Part shown: positions 35,289 to 48,144 of the stretch, one piece after another
How the letters are laid out: the number at the start of each line of letters is the position of its first letter
Position numbering within the stretch: the stretch's first letter is position 1
Source of the DNA: Azolla caroliniana
Lineage: Eukaryota; Plantae; Polypodiophyta
Direction of reading: 5' to 3'
DNA length: 64,000 nt
Assembly (NCBI GenBank): GCA_043228905.1
Contig: JBHGNT010000022.1
Coordinates: forward strand, 1,178,001-1,242,000
Translations under genes and position numbers: made by a program
The notes under the pieces: generated by a model
Told to the model about the DNA's origin: nothing
Database searches by the model: none
Seen by the model: only the letters and a program-made list of their open reading frames with translations

Positions 35289-35586
35289 CCTAATAGAAAT
35301 TGAGAGAACTAACCTCTCTCTCTCTCTCTCTCTCTTAAAGCTCTCTGTAAGTTCACTCAGGCCATTGTTTTCTACGCTCTATAGCTCGTTGGAAAGCTCT
35401 TTCAAAGAGCTTTCTAAAGAATGTTCATTTACTGAATTCCGTTACTGTGGCAAGAAGTTATGAGCATTTTCATCTGCAACCATCTTTGCCCCACGGTTCC
35501 TCAAACGTAAGCCCTAAATCGAGTGAAAGGTACATTCTCTCTCTTTCCCTCTTTGTCTCTCTCTTCCCGTAGGGTTTGTCCCTGCA

Positions 35587-36456
35587 ATGGCAAATACTTG
35601 TAAAGCCGCCGCCAAGTTCGGGGGTATGATTGATAATGAGCCGAGATCACCAACAAATCTCGATTCCAATGCAATGGACAAAATGCTTATGAGTCACTTG
35701 ATTTCTCTTCAAGAAACCATAAACAAGCAAGGTGAAGAGATTAGGACATTAATGAAAGAGAATGCTAAGCTCCAAAGTGTTGTCATTGAGAATGAAAGTC
35801 TTAAACAAGTGGTTGCAAAACTTCAAGAAGAGATTCAAGAATGTAAAAGAGCTTCTTTCAAAACAAATGAGCGCCTTAACAAGATTGAGTTAAAGGAAGC
35901 ATTAAAAGAAGAAAAATTGGACACGATGAGGCAGGATGTAAGTGAGATGAAAAATGTATGTACAACGAAGTCATGGGCCGATGTATGTGGTGGGGATGTG
36001 CTATCAAACTCATCTACTATGCATGTGATGCATCAAGAGAAGAATATAGAAAGCATAGATGTCCGAGAATTGAAAGAACGTGAACGACGATCAAAGAACA
36101 TTGTCGTCCATGGGATTAAAGAAGAGAGTATGGAAACACTCGCATCCCTTGGAAAGGCCATTGGTGAATTTTTTAGCATGCATTATGGGATGTCAAATGT
36201 GAATGTATATGGGGCACACCGAGTTGGGAAACATGGTGTTACTCGCTCCGGAGAAAGGCCTATTGTATGCACAATGACAGATGATACAAAGCGGCGGATC
36301 ATACTTGAAAATAGTTGGGTATACCTCAAAGGTACGCAATGCTTTGTGAGTGAAGATCGTACTATCGCACAACAAAATGCTTGTCGTAAAGCATATGAAG
36401 AAAGATTGAAAAATAAGGTTAAGGATGTGCCTAAAGATGGAAATGTAGGCAAATAG
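35587..36456 (+). CDS. LINE ORF1 (coiled coil plus RRM-like domain), 289 aa
   Basis: Heptad-rich N-half; RERRSKNIVVHGIKE, HRVG, RPIV, VSEDRT motifs typical of LINE ORF1; directly upstream of the APE domain. Confidence 0.8.
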   Translation: MANTCKAAAKFGGMIDNEPRSPTNLDSNAMDKMLMSHLISLQETINKQGEEIRTLMKENAKLQSVVIENESLKQVVAKLQEEIQECKRASFKTNERLNKIELKEALKEEKLDTMRQDVSEMKNVCTTKSWADVCGGDVLSNSSTMHVMHQEKNIESIDVRELKERERRSKNIVVHGIKEESMETLASLGKAIGEFFSMHYGMSNVNVYGAHRVGKHGVTRSGERPIVCTMTDDTKRRIILENSWVYLKGTQCFVSEDRTIAQQNACRKAYEERLKNKVKDVPKDGNVGK

Positions 36457-38276
36457 GGACACGTGATCTATGAGACTAACCCACGCCTTTTACGACTATG
36501 CTTTTGGAATTGCAATGGATACCCATGGAATACGGGATTTGGCATAGAGGAGTTCACCGATAACTCGGATATCACACTTCTTGTTGAAACATGGGAGCAT
36601 GATACTCAAAGGATTCAAGGTTTAGGAAACTATAATGTACACTCTTTGATATGGAAGAAAAATCCAAGAGAAAGAAGATGACAAGGAGGGGTGGCATGTT
36701 TGATTAAGAAGGAAATAGAGAAATATGAGTCAATCATAAAAAATGATGAACATAAATGCTACATATGGCTCAAAATAGAAACACCTAATGATTTGCCCAC
36801 TTTTGTAGTTGGATATTACATTCGTTATCAAGATTCTAACTTTTATGCTTGTTTGGATAAAGATCAACCGTTTGCCAATCTAGAAGATGATATTGCTTAT
36901 TTCAAATCCAAAGGGGAAGTTATTGTCTTTGGTGACATGAATGCTCGTACAAGAAGTTTCCAACTTGATTCACAAGAATCTTTCATGCCACATATCTCAA
37001 GGATGCAAGAGGATATGCAAATGTATAGTCGCTCTTCTAGCGATGAAAAAGATCCAAACCAATTTGGCGAGTTACTCCTACAAATGTGCAAATGTACCAG
37101 ATTGCTTATTGCAAATGGTATTTCCTTATGGCCCAACACTAATGGTTTTACATGTAAAAACAAAACGGAAATAGTGTGATTGACTATGTGCTACTTTGTG
37201 AAGGTATTTTGGATCGTATACATAAATTCTCACTTGGTGAATGGACACCGGAATCCGATCATAGGCCTTTATGTATTGATCTCAAATGTATGCATAGGTT
37301 TGATTTTGAGAAGGCTATATTGAAAATAATAAACAACCGCACTTGAGCATGAACCTTAAGTGAGCACCCATGTATTCCAAGATGGTTGAGGATATGTTAC
37401 AAATGAAAAAGATACAACATGGTGCCACACTAGAATACAAATGGGAAGCTTTCAAGAAAGTCATTTTCTCCTGTACAAACAAATGTTTTTCAACCAACCA
37501 CACATCTTGGAAATGCACCAAGAAACTTAGGAAAAAATGGTTTGATAAAAAATGTCGTGAAGCTCGAAAGTGCCTTATGGTTTTAGATGTAGTTAAGGAT
37601 AAAGAGAATCACCAAAAGCATTTGCATGAGTATAAAAGGCTTATTCAAAGAAAGAGAAGAATATGGCAAGTTACTCAACAATTTATCCAAATGCAAGAGA
37701 AAGCACATGCATGTGCTAAATTTTGGGGAAATCTAAAGGGGAAACGTGTTGAGAGTTATGGTGACTTAACTCTTCACGACTTATCTATGCATTGTAAGAA
37801 TTTATATGAGTTATCTCTTTCCGGAAAGATGATGTGTTATGGTTCTCTTTCACATATGCCTCCCTTCTTTACAATTGAAGATATATGCATAGGACTTAAG
37901 AAATTGGCCTCTCGAAAGGCAAGCGATCTTCAATGTATAAAGGCTGAAATGCTCAAATGGACGGGAAAGGAAGCACATACAGTAACCATTCAGTTAAGTG
38001 TGTGTCCAATTAAGTGTGCCATTCTATTAAGTGTGCTTTTTATAGATGTCAAAATCTTGTTCAAAAAAATTACATTGTTTTATGACAAAATACATTGAAC
38101 CAAATGGAAACTATGTTCCAAAAATTCAAAAAACAACAAAATCATCAATAAAAATCAGATTTCTAAGTTCTTTCACAATTTCATACCAACATCATGTTTG
38201 GTCATTTGCCTACTTTTAGCGAGAACTTACAAAAAATGGCAAAAATTGAACAAAAATAAGATTTCTATGTCTTTCG

Positions 38277-40025
38277 CTATTTCATACCAAAATCATGTAA
38301 GGTCATTTGCCTACTTTTAGCGATACGCTTAGAAACAATGGCAGAATTTGCTTCTTGAATAATTCTACGAGCACTCAATAAAGCTGATTTTACTTGCTTT
38401 GCTTTCTCGGAACTCAAATAAGTTGTTGTCATTATTGAGTTGAGCATGAGTTTGGTATCAACAATATTTTGCAATACTTCAGGAATAATCACATCTTCTT
38501 GCTTTAAGCATCCATGCATATCTTGCATCTCAACAAACTCAGAATCTGAATCATTTTCATCATATGCAAGTGGTTCATTGGTGTTGGATGCTTGTGCTAT
38601 AACTTCATCAATCTCTTCAAGGAGATTTTGATTTAGTTTTTCTTATTCATTTGCATCTGCATTGACACATTCCATGATTTCCTCTCGAATTTCTTCTACA
38701 TTATGTGCATTCTCAAGAAAACTGCAGTTACATAACAAAGCAACAAGATCATCAAGGCATTGATCTTCCATTTCAACAACTTCAACATCATTAATGCGGA
38801 ATGATGGAATAATATCTGCCTTTCTATAGCAATTAAAAAGTGTTTCTTGCTTGATCTCATTCCAAGCAATAACAATGAGATTGGCAGCATCTAGCAAATG
38901 TGCCGACTTTCCAAAAGTTAAACCAATAGAACCTCTTCTCATTCGTTTAGCAACATCCTCCAAACGAATCTTAACATTTTCTGGACTATCATGATATGTC
39001 AAAATTTCTCTTATCAAATGATATTTGTACCTCTTTTTCAACGCTGCAATAATTCCCATATCCATTGGTTGCTTCCATGATGTGACATTGGCTGGGAAAA
39101 AAATCACTTTGATAGCATCACGCTCAAATGTTTCGGCATGACCAGGAGCATTATCAAGGATTAGAAGCACTTTGCAATTAGTTCGAGAACGAACAAAAGG
39201 TACAAACACATGATCAAACCACTTATTAAAAGTAGGGATATCAATCCAAGCATTTTTTTGTGCTAAATACGGTAATGGCCAAGAATTTCCAACAATACAA
39301 GCTGGTTCCTTAGCCTTTCCAATCATTGTAATGGGAACTTTTTCAATTCCAGTCGCATTACAACAAACAACTAAGGTAACTCTATCTAGCAATTTTTTCT
39401 TACCTCGAATTGTTGTAGGATCTTCACTAGGCAAAAGCACTATATATCTTGGGACTAATCGAAAAAATAAGCTTGTTTCATCCATATTGTAAACACAACT
39501 AGCATCATACTCGTTGATTATAGCATAGAGCCTTTCCAAAGAAGCCAACAATTCTGGGTCATTTCGATTAACTGCCCCTCCTTCGCCATACAAACTAATA
39601 GTATTCAAACATTGGCGATGACGAAATTTCCTAAACCAACCCCAAGTTGCTTTGAAATCATCATCACAAATATTCATTTGTGTAGCCAATCGCCGAGCCT
39701 TCTCCATAATAACGGATGGAGGCAATGCAATTGACAATCGACAAGATGCATCAATCCAAGCATATAAGCGTTCCTCTAATTCTGGATATTTCCCTTTGGA
39801 TCCCCTAAAAGTTGTTTTCCTTGTATTATGATCTTTTAATTGGACACGCATTTGTATCTCATCCTTCTTCTTGATCAAACTTCTAATCGCTGATTCACTT
39901 ACACCAAAATTTCTACTTATGTTGCGAAGAGAAGGAGCCAATGGTTGTTCCACTATCTCCAAAATTTGTAGCCTTTGTTCATCATTCAAACAAGGTCCAG
40001 CACCTCGCTTATGGGTTGAATTCAT
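38277..40025 (-). pseudogene. pogo-family transposase (HTH, CENP-B-like HTH, DDE_1; DD30D) with one in-frame TAA at 38643-38645
   Basis: GWFRKFR, YNMDET, LILDNAPGH, QPMDMGII; ORF 38277-38528 continues the same frame. Confidence 0.9.
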
Positions 40026-40074
40026 CTCTGTAATAAGGCTAATGAGCTAATTTCACATTGACTTATATCTATTA

Positions 40075-41225
40075 TTTTCTAATTCCCTAAACCGTCAATC
40101 TAATTTATGAACCCAATCAACAAATGTACTCAAATTCAACAGTAAAAACAACACAAATACATCCACATACTCATCCACAATCAAATTATTTTCTAATTCC
40201 CTAAACCCGCAATCTAATTTATGAACCTAATCAACAAATGTACTCGAATTCACCAGTAAAAATAACAAAATACATTCACATACTCATCCACTATCAACTT
40301 TTTTTCTAATTCCCTAAACTCGCAATCTAATTTATGAACCTATTCAACAAATTTACTCAAATTCAGCAGTAAAAACAGCAAAATACATTCACATACTCAT
40401 CCACTATCAATTTTTTTTCTAATTCCCTAAACCCACAATCTAATTTATGAACCTAATCAACAAATGTACTCAAATTCAGCAGTAAAAACAGCAAAATACA
40501 TTCACATACTCATCCACTATCAACTTTTTTTCTAATTCCCTAAACTCGCAATCTAATTTATGAACCTAATCAACAAATTTACTCGAATTCAGCAGTAAAA
40601 ACAACAAAATACATTCACATACTCATCCACTATCAACTTTTTTTCTAATTCCCTAAACCCACAATCTAATTTATGAACCTAATCAACAAATTTATTCGAA
40701 TTCAGCAATAAAAACAACAAAATACATTCACATAATCATCCACTATCAACTTTTTTTCTAATTCCCTAAACTCGCAATCTAATTTATGAACCTAATCAAC
40801 AAATTTACTCGAATTCAGCAGTAAAAACAGCAAAATACATTCACATACTCATCCACTATCAATTTTTTTTCTAATTCCCTGAACCCACAATCTAATTTAT
40901 GAACCTAATCAACAAATTTATTCGAATTCAGTAGTAAAAACAGCAAAATACATTCACATACTCATCCACTATCAAATTTTTTTCTAATTACCTAAAACCC
41001 GCAATCTAATTTATGAACCTATTCAACAAATTTACTCAAATTCAGTAGTAAAAACAGCAAAATACATTCATATACCCATCCACTATCAAATTTTTTTCTA
41101 ATTCCCTAAACCCGCAATCTAATTTATGAACCTAATCAACAAATTTACTTGAATTCAGCAGTAAAAAGAGCACAAACACATCCACATACTCATCCACAAT
41201 GAAATTATTTTTTAATTCCCTAAAC
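40075..41225. repeat. Tandem array of ten ~113-bp units upstream of the transposase, inside the pogo element
   Basis: AATTCCCTAA (or a 1-nt variant) at 40081, 40195, 40308, 40421, 40534, 40647, 40760, 40873, 40986, 41100, 41214. Confidence 0.95.
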
Positions 41226-43527
41226 ATTTGGCCTTAAAAAACCTGAAAATGCGCAGAAACTCTACATACCCGAAGAAGACTGTAGGTGCACAATAGTGTC
41301 TTGAGCAACAACGTGGTGAAGCAGGAGCCTTGTGACCAGCTACGTGGGATTGATTAAGGTGCAAAGAGGGTCTGATCGGTGGCTGTTGGGGCTACGCTTA
41401 CTCAAATGTGCAGAGAAAAGAAAAATTGGGGGAAAAAAGTTTTGTGTGTAAAAAGCCCTAAGTGCGCGGCTCGATTAAGTGCGCACTTTTCCCTTCAGAT
41501 CAAAGTGCGCACTTAACCGAATGTTTACTGTATATGGATAAGCGATATGTTTAATGATGCATTGCAACATGGTATGACGTACGATTGGACAACAAATTGG
41601 ATCAAACCTTTACATAAAGGTGGAGATATAAATAATGTAAACAACTATCAAACCATCATGGTTGGCTCATTAATGGCAAAACTATTTGGATGTATAATGG
41701 AATCAAAGATAAGTGTATGGGCTGAAAAAAATGGTAAGAGAGCTTATGGACAAGCTGGCTTTCGGAAACACCATAGCACCATTGATCACCTTATTACCCT
41801 TCGAGTATTAATGGAGGAAACTCACCTTAGAGGTAAAGGCTTATATTGTTGCTTTGTAGACTTCAAGAAAGCTTTTGATATGGTACCTCGTGAGCATCTT
41901 TGGAGGGGAATGGAAGAACTTGAGGTGCCAAGTGAATATATGCTTGCAATTTCCCGAATTTATGAGAAGGTTATATGTTGTGTGCGCATGAGAGATAAAC
42001 TTTCAGATTTTTTCAAAAGCATTATTGGTGTTAAGCAAGGATGCCCACTCTCACCAACACTATTTGGTCTATGCATTGATGAATTGGAAGAAATGGTTAC
42101 CAAGTTTGCAAAGGAAGAATGTGTTGAAGAAGTTGCCATTGGGAATGTTGTGATTATGCTTTTGCTATATGCAGATGATGTAGTGTTTTTTGCAAATACT
42201 TTAGGAGATGCACAAAAGCTTATGAAGGCATTGGAAAAAATTTGCATGCATACTAAATTAAGTGTCAATAGCTCTAAAACAAAGATTATGCTTGTGAATA
42301 GCCAAAAAAGAGATAAACCATGCATTATGTACAACAATGAGCCACTTGAATGTGTGGAAAGCTTCAAATATCTTGGCCTTGAAGTTCCTTCAAATCATAG
42401 ATGGAATGAATGTGCTACGCGCCGCTTAAAGGCGGGTAAACGAGCATACTATGCATTTGAGAACACATGCAATCTTGGAGATATTAAGTGTTGGGTCCTC
42501 AAGAAATATCTTTTCGACACTTTGGTGACACCAGTTCTTCTCTATGGGGTGGAAGTATGGGGCGGTAGCATCCCTAAATCTATGTGGAAAGTGTTTGAAA
42601 ATGTCCAAAAACATTTTCTTACAAAGTTTCTACAAGTTAAGAAACAAACACCCTACACCCTCCTCCTTGAGACGGGATCACTTCCCATTGAGATCATGGC
42701 CATGGAAAGGGTTGTAGAATGTATGAGAAATCATACATTCATCAAATTCTTGAGCTTCTTCATTGAGATTAAGTGCTCAAAAGTAAATCCAAGATCCAGT
42801 ATACAATTATGTCACATTAGAACAACTACAATCGCAACTCTCAACTTTAATACCAACAAAATCACATAAGCCTTACTAACCTTGCAAGAATGAATGATGC
42901 AAGAGTTTAATGAACTTCAACCAATCGAGAGAATAAAGCACTCAACAATATACTTAATAGGACCCATCAACAATATATTTAACAACCATCTAATTCACAT
43001 GCAAAAAGGGAGTGGAAACTCTACCACCAATGGTACTAAATGAAAGGTTTGATTATTATCAATACAAATTGCAATTATATTGTCTCCTCCAAAGTCTTAG
43101 GATCCTCAATAGATAACACCATATGCTTCATATAATCAAAGATCCCCCCCAAACGAAGAGAAAACTCATCCCATACAATATAAGCGCAATCGAACAAATT
43201 CTGAAGAATAAATTTCACATAGGAACTAGATTTTGGATGACTGAGAAACTACTAAATCTTTTATCTGTTTGTCATTGTTGGCATACTTGAGCAAGTTGTT
43301 CAACTTGTTGGAATGAAGGACGTTATGACTTGTAACTTCCTATGCACGGACAGAAATACAAATACGTTAAAAGAATAACTAGGTTTTTACTATATTAGAA
43401 TATAATTTGGTATTTTGGTTCAAGGTATCATTAACCTATGAGAAAACAAGAGAACTTTGTGGAAAATACATGAAAATGCACAAGAATTGTGAAAGATAAA
43501 CAAGAGATCTTTTATGTATGTATGTAT

Positions 43528-43575
<48 letters not shown>

Positions 43576-44739
43576 CCCAAGCTCATGACGAACAAGAGAA
43601 ATATACATAGAAGCCCTCAAACCGATAAAGTGGATTGGAATTGTTTGACGAAAATGTGGCATCTCTATATATGAGTAATCCAAGGCAATTCTCACTACCT
43701 ATGGGGGTGAGCATAGTACTTTCTGGACATGTGAACTTTTCCTTATTTGTATCCACAACCCTTATGGTAGGTATGAACAACTAAACGTTAAATTGTGTGT
43801 TCCCCAATAAGTTTGTCATTTGTCTATGACCATCATCAGGCACCAAGTATGAGTCTTTTGCAACTCATCTCATTCGTTGTCTTTGCTAATTACTATTGTC
43901 ATTTATAAAAGGCTTCCATTTAACCAAAGCTTTGAGACTATATTTTAAAAGTTCAAATTGTTCTTCGAGGATATGAACACCATCTAGCAATATCGAAGAT
44001 GCAACACAACCGTCAAGCTCTTGATAGAGATGCCTTCACGTTAAACCAAAGACAAATTTTTTCCCCATTGAGTCTACACTACACAATGCATTCATAAGCC
44101 CCATAAACTACATTTGGACTTTGTCAACCAACTTACAAATGTAGGAGCATGTCATTCACATATTATACAAAATAATAACGACAATCCCCTGTGAACCACT
44201 AGATTTGAAAATTATATGCATTTATATATATAGCACAACATTCATTTATTTCTTGATGAAAAACAATGGATTTCAAACATCAAACACTACATGTTCATTG
44301 ATTTTGAGACAAAATAAATTTGAATGTAGATTGTGACGTCATTAGTAAAGCTTGACAAATAAACTAAATTTTAGATTATTAGGCTTAAGGATAAAAGGAA
44401 AGTCGCCATGTAGAACAATATTAGAACACAATCCACCAATTCATAGCTACAAGAGATTATTGTTTCCAATCCCACAAAGTATGTTGTTTGGCAAAATTAA
44501 CAAAAAAGGACCTCTAATGATGATGGTACCCTCTAGTTAGTGCATATGCTCCAATCACTTTGAGGTGTATAAACCCACAAAACAAAACACAAAGCCAAAT
44601 GAAGATTGCACTCGTGAAGAACCAAGGTAAGGGCAAACCATGCATAATGTACAATAATGAACCACTTCAAACTACGAGAAACATCAAACACCTTAAACTT
44701 AAAAGTTCCATCAATAATAAATAGAATGAATTTGCTATC

Positions 44740-45340
44740 TAACACGGGAAAGAAAACATATTATGTATTTGAGAACACATGAAATGGTTAACAATTAAAT
44801 GGCATGTCCTCAAGAAATACCTTTTTGACACTTTGGTGACACTAGTGCTTCTCTATGGGTGAAAGTATGTGGCAATAACATCCCTAAGTCCGCTTAAAAA
44901 TGGTTCAAAAACATCTAAAATCTATTTTCTTATAAAGTTTCTCCAAATCTAAAAACCTTCTTAAGCCAATATCACTTTTGATTAAGATCATGGCAATGAA
45001 AAGTGTTATTGAATACATGCTTAAGGTTCAAAAATGTCCCCCACACTAATTTCTTAAGATCACATGGGAAGCAAGTAAAATTATTCCAAAAACATATAAA
45101 GACAATTTTTGGTGTTTCCAATTGGATTTAGCACATGAAAAACTTGTTTGAAAGATGAGATGCAACATGCATGCTTCACGATGCATCATTACATTCCTCA
45201 TTGAATTGAGGCCTTTTTGCAACACCAATGTATGACATGAGACAAATGTGAACATTGATCACACTTCACACACTTTACTATGTAGGTTGCACCTAATTAT
45301 AAAGTTATATCCTTCAAAGAACAAGGAAACTGAACACATC
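44740..45340 (+). pseudogene. Older, 5'-truncated fragment of the same LINE family (post-RT region)
   Basis: GTCCTCAAGAAATA..TTTT.GACACTTTGGTGACAC.AGT.CTTCTCTATGGG matches 42494-42550, and the similarity extends to GATCATGGC.ATG. Confidence 0.8.
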
Positions 45341-45521
45341 TATAGGTCATATTCAACCTTGGGCTAATAGTGGTAAATTGTTACACTATTCACCCTACGT
45401 CTTGGGTTCGAAACCCAATTTTCTCACCTCTATTACCCCATACATAAACTCTTCACTTACTAGATGCCACTGAGGAATGCAAGGATTAAATTAGACTTTA
45501 TTTACTAAGGTATACATATGT

Positions 45522-45555
<34 letters not shown>

Positions 45556-45670
45556 TGGAGAATGCCATCTTAAAAGCTACCATTGTTGAGACCACCAAAT
45601 GAGGTATATGCCTCTAATGCTGTAGCACATTTTGAGTACATTCATATGACTACAAATATCCTTCCAAACT

Positions 45671-46031
45671 TCAAAGACATCCAGAGTTGTAAGAAACCGA
45701 ACCCAAAAGTTCCGGGCCGTTTAATCGAGGATTGTTCTCAAAACTGAAGCAACAAAAGGAAATAACAAAGTGTGTCAAAACATGACGGCCATGAAAAGTT
45801 TCTTACTATCATCATATTCTAGTTAATTTGCTCCTAATTTTAGAATGTTGTATAAATCTCAATAGTAGTGGAAATTTAGATGTGATTGTGTGAAAATATA
45901 AATTCGCAAAAAAAAGTAGGGAAAATCATTTTATTTCATAACCTTTTCATAGGAAAATGCTCGAATGGCCCAGAGACTGGTATTGTTCCACACAAATTGT
46001 TTGCCGATAAGTCACTACAAAAGAACTCCAT

Positions 46032-46068
<37 letters not shown>

Positions 46069-48144
46069 TACATACACCCGCATTCATTTGTACAAATACA
46101 TTTACATTTACACACACATATACTTGCTTACATACATAGACACACCTATGTAGATATCAATAGGCATATATCCATCATCTGCAAATGCATACACACACAC
46201 ACACATACATATTTATGTAGAAAAATATAAACGGATGGAGAATACAATCACACACAAACATGCATGCATGAATTTGGAAAATTAACCACGAGTGCTAATC
46301 ACAAAAGGACGTCTTTTAATTTGACATACACGACTTTGAGGCTGTTGATGCTCGTAAGAGAGCGAGGTATTTGACCACTCAAACGATTATTGTTGAGACG
46401 CCTGCACATAATACAATTATGAATATATAAATCCTATAATACCCAGCATCATTAAAGGAATATAAAAGATGAGGGGGGGAAAAAAACTCACAAGAATATC
46501 AATGACTTGAGGTTCCCTAGAGACTCGGGGATAGCTCCAGTGATATTGTTATTGTAAAGGTCTAGACTTATAAGGTTCTTAAGGTTGCCAAGTTCTGGAG
46601 GGATAGTGCCAGTTATCTCATTTTTATACAATTCTCTACAATAGTTCATCGAAACTCGAGCATCAAACATTTATACTTGTTATATAAAGAAAAAATAAAA
46701 AACAAAGAAGGTATCCTATGATGAGTAATGACTCACAAATATTGCAAGTGTTCAAGTTGTGCAAGCTCCGGAACAAGATGCCCTGACAGTTTAGAATTCC
46801 CAAGATCACTACGATACAAAAGATGTGATGTTATCCTTAGGACACTTTCTCGCCTCTGATGTATTGTGTATTGTGTGTGTGAATGTATGTATGCATGTAT
46901 GCATGTATGCATGTATGTATGTATGTATGTATGTATTTTTGCATTCGCACACACACACACACATGTATTTGTGTATATAAGTTGTTGACTTGATGTTACA
47001 TATGTTCTATAGAACAAGCAAAAATGCGCGTATAATGCAATCTTACACTCTTGTGACAACACTATCTTGGTTACAGGTCACGTGAAACCATGTGCACGGA
47101 TTGACGAGTGTTGGATCCCAACTTTGCAACACATTGTCCGGATCAGATAAGCTTCTCCTAAAGGCATGGAGAGCATCACCTAAAGAGAAAGCATAAGAAG
47201 AAACTACAGTGATGAATCATGGGGCAAAGTAATAGGTCTTCCTCTCCAACTCTTTGGTCAAAAATAAATAAATAAAGAACCATGGTAAGGCATCACTGTA
47301 ACAAATTGTATGAGTTCAGGATTTTCGGTATAGTGGATAAACTCCAGCGTATATGTATATAAACATGTGTAATATATGTGCATTTCATTTTAAAGAAACT
47401 GAGGATTATGGTTGTATATAGGGGACAAATTCCAATAGAAATGTTTGTGTTTATATATATATATATATATATAAATTATATGAGTGTTTTATTCTAGAAT
47501 CTAGAATTATTACTGAATACCTCTTTAAGTATGCATTCATGCCGAGATCAATGCACTGGATTAATATGGCCAATGCCTTGAGCTCAAGATCCATGAATGC
47601 ATCATATATCCAGTGGTATGATCAAATATCTCTAAATTATGACTCTAAGGCCAAAATTGGCCCATGAGACAAATGGTTTACAACAAAAAAAAATGGGGTA
47701 TTTACCCCCAGAGCTCAAGATTATTTTGGAAGCATGTGTTGGATTATGACTGAACAAATCCAAGAGAGGACCCATGTCAACACCGTGATAGATTCATGGA
47801 TCCATGGATACATCATGTATCTTAAATATGATCGATTCCCTCTAGGTTATCTTTCTAGATCCCAAGATCATGTCAAAATCATGTGTTGGATTATGACTGA
47901 ATAACTCTTGAGTTAATATCCATGCCGGGGTCATGGTAAAAACAAACAAAAACAAAAAACTATGGAGATTTATGATAGATATCCCTAGATTTCTGTCTCT
48001 TACTTAAAAGGAAAAAAAAAACAAAATTGCTTTGATTTGTTTAGTAAGCAAGCAGTTCTTCTTACCTTCGGGATTGGCGGAGATCATCAGAGGTGTTAAT
48101 GAGCACCCTAGAATGAACCACAAATAGAGGGCCAGTCTCTCCAT
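45671..48144 (-). CDS. Short secreted LRR protein, SERK-ectodomain-like (LRR1/LRP type), 214 aa; exons 48066-48144, 47047-47179, 46737-46808, 46492-46635, 46330-46401, 45943-46014, 45671-45743
   Basis: GT-AG introns; exon sizes 79/133/72/144/72/72/73; signal peptide, [30 protein letters not shown], LRRs, [14 protein letters not shown]; no TM or kinase. Confidence 0.93.

Larger units (their letters stand above)
37980..41530 (-). mobile_element. pogo/Tigger-like Tc1-mariner DNA transposon, 3551 bp
   Basis: TA TSD; ~23-bp TIRs CAGTAACCATTCAGTTAAGTGTG / CAGTAAACATTCGGTTAAGTGCG. Confidence 0.95.
36463..42720 (+). pseudogene. LINE ORF2 (APE endonuclease plus RT, RTEX-like), split by the pogo insertion (pieces 36463-37979 and 41533-~42720), 3' end lost
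   Basis: WNCNG, ETW, GGVA, GDMNAR, IDY, SDH; QAGFR, FVDFKKAFD, GVKQGCPLSP, YADD, FKYLG; removing the pogo and one TA restores KEAHIWISDMFN in frame. Confidence 0.9.

Noticed and set aside
40075-41225. 113-bp array as CRISPR
   Set aside because: Head-to-tail satellite without variable spacers, inside a eukaryotic transposon
42720-43360. Possible solo LTR truncating the LINE
   Set aside because: TG...CA ends can be drawn but I found no convincing TSD or resumption of the LINE
47520-47940. Possible MITE in LRR intron 1, and another at ~49270-49530
   Set aside because: Only short repeated or inverted motifs; TIRs and TSDs could not be defined
45671-48144. LRR gene as a SERK receptor kinase truncated by the TE island
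   Set aside because: The last exon has the normal short-LRR C-terminus (FENNPRL.GPELLG...C) and a stop; this is a known kinase-less family
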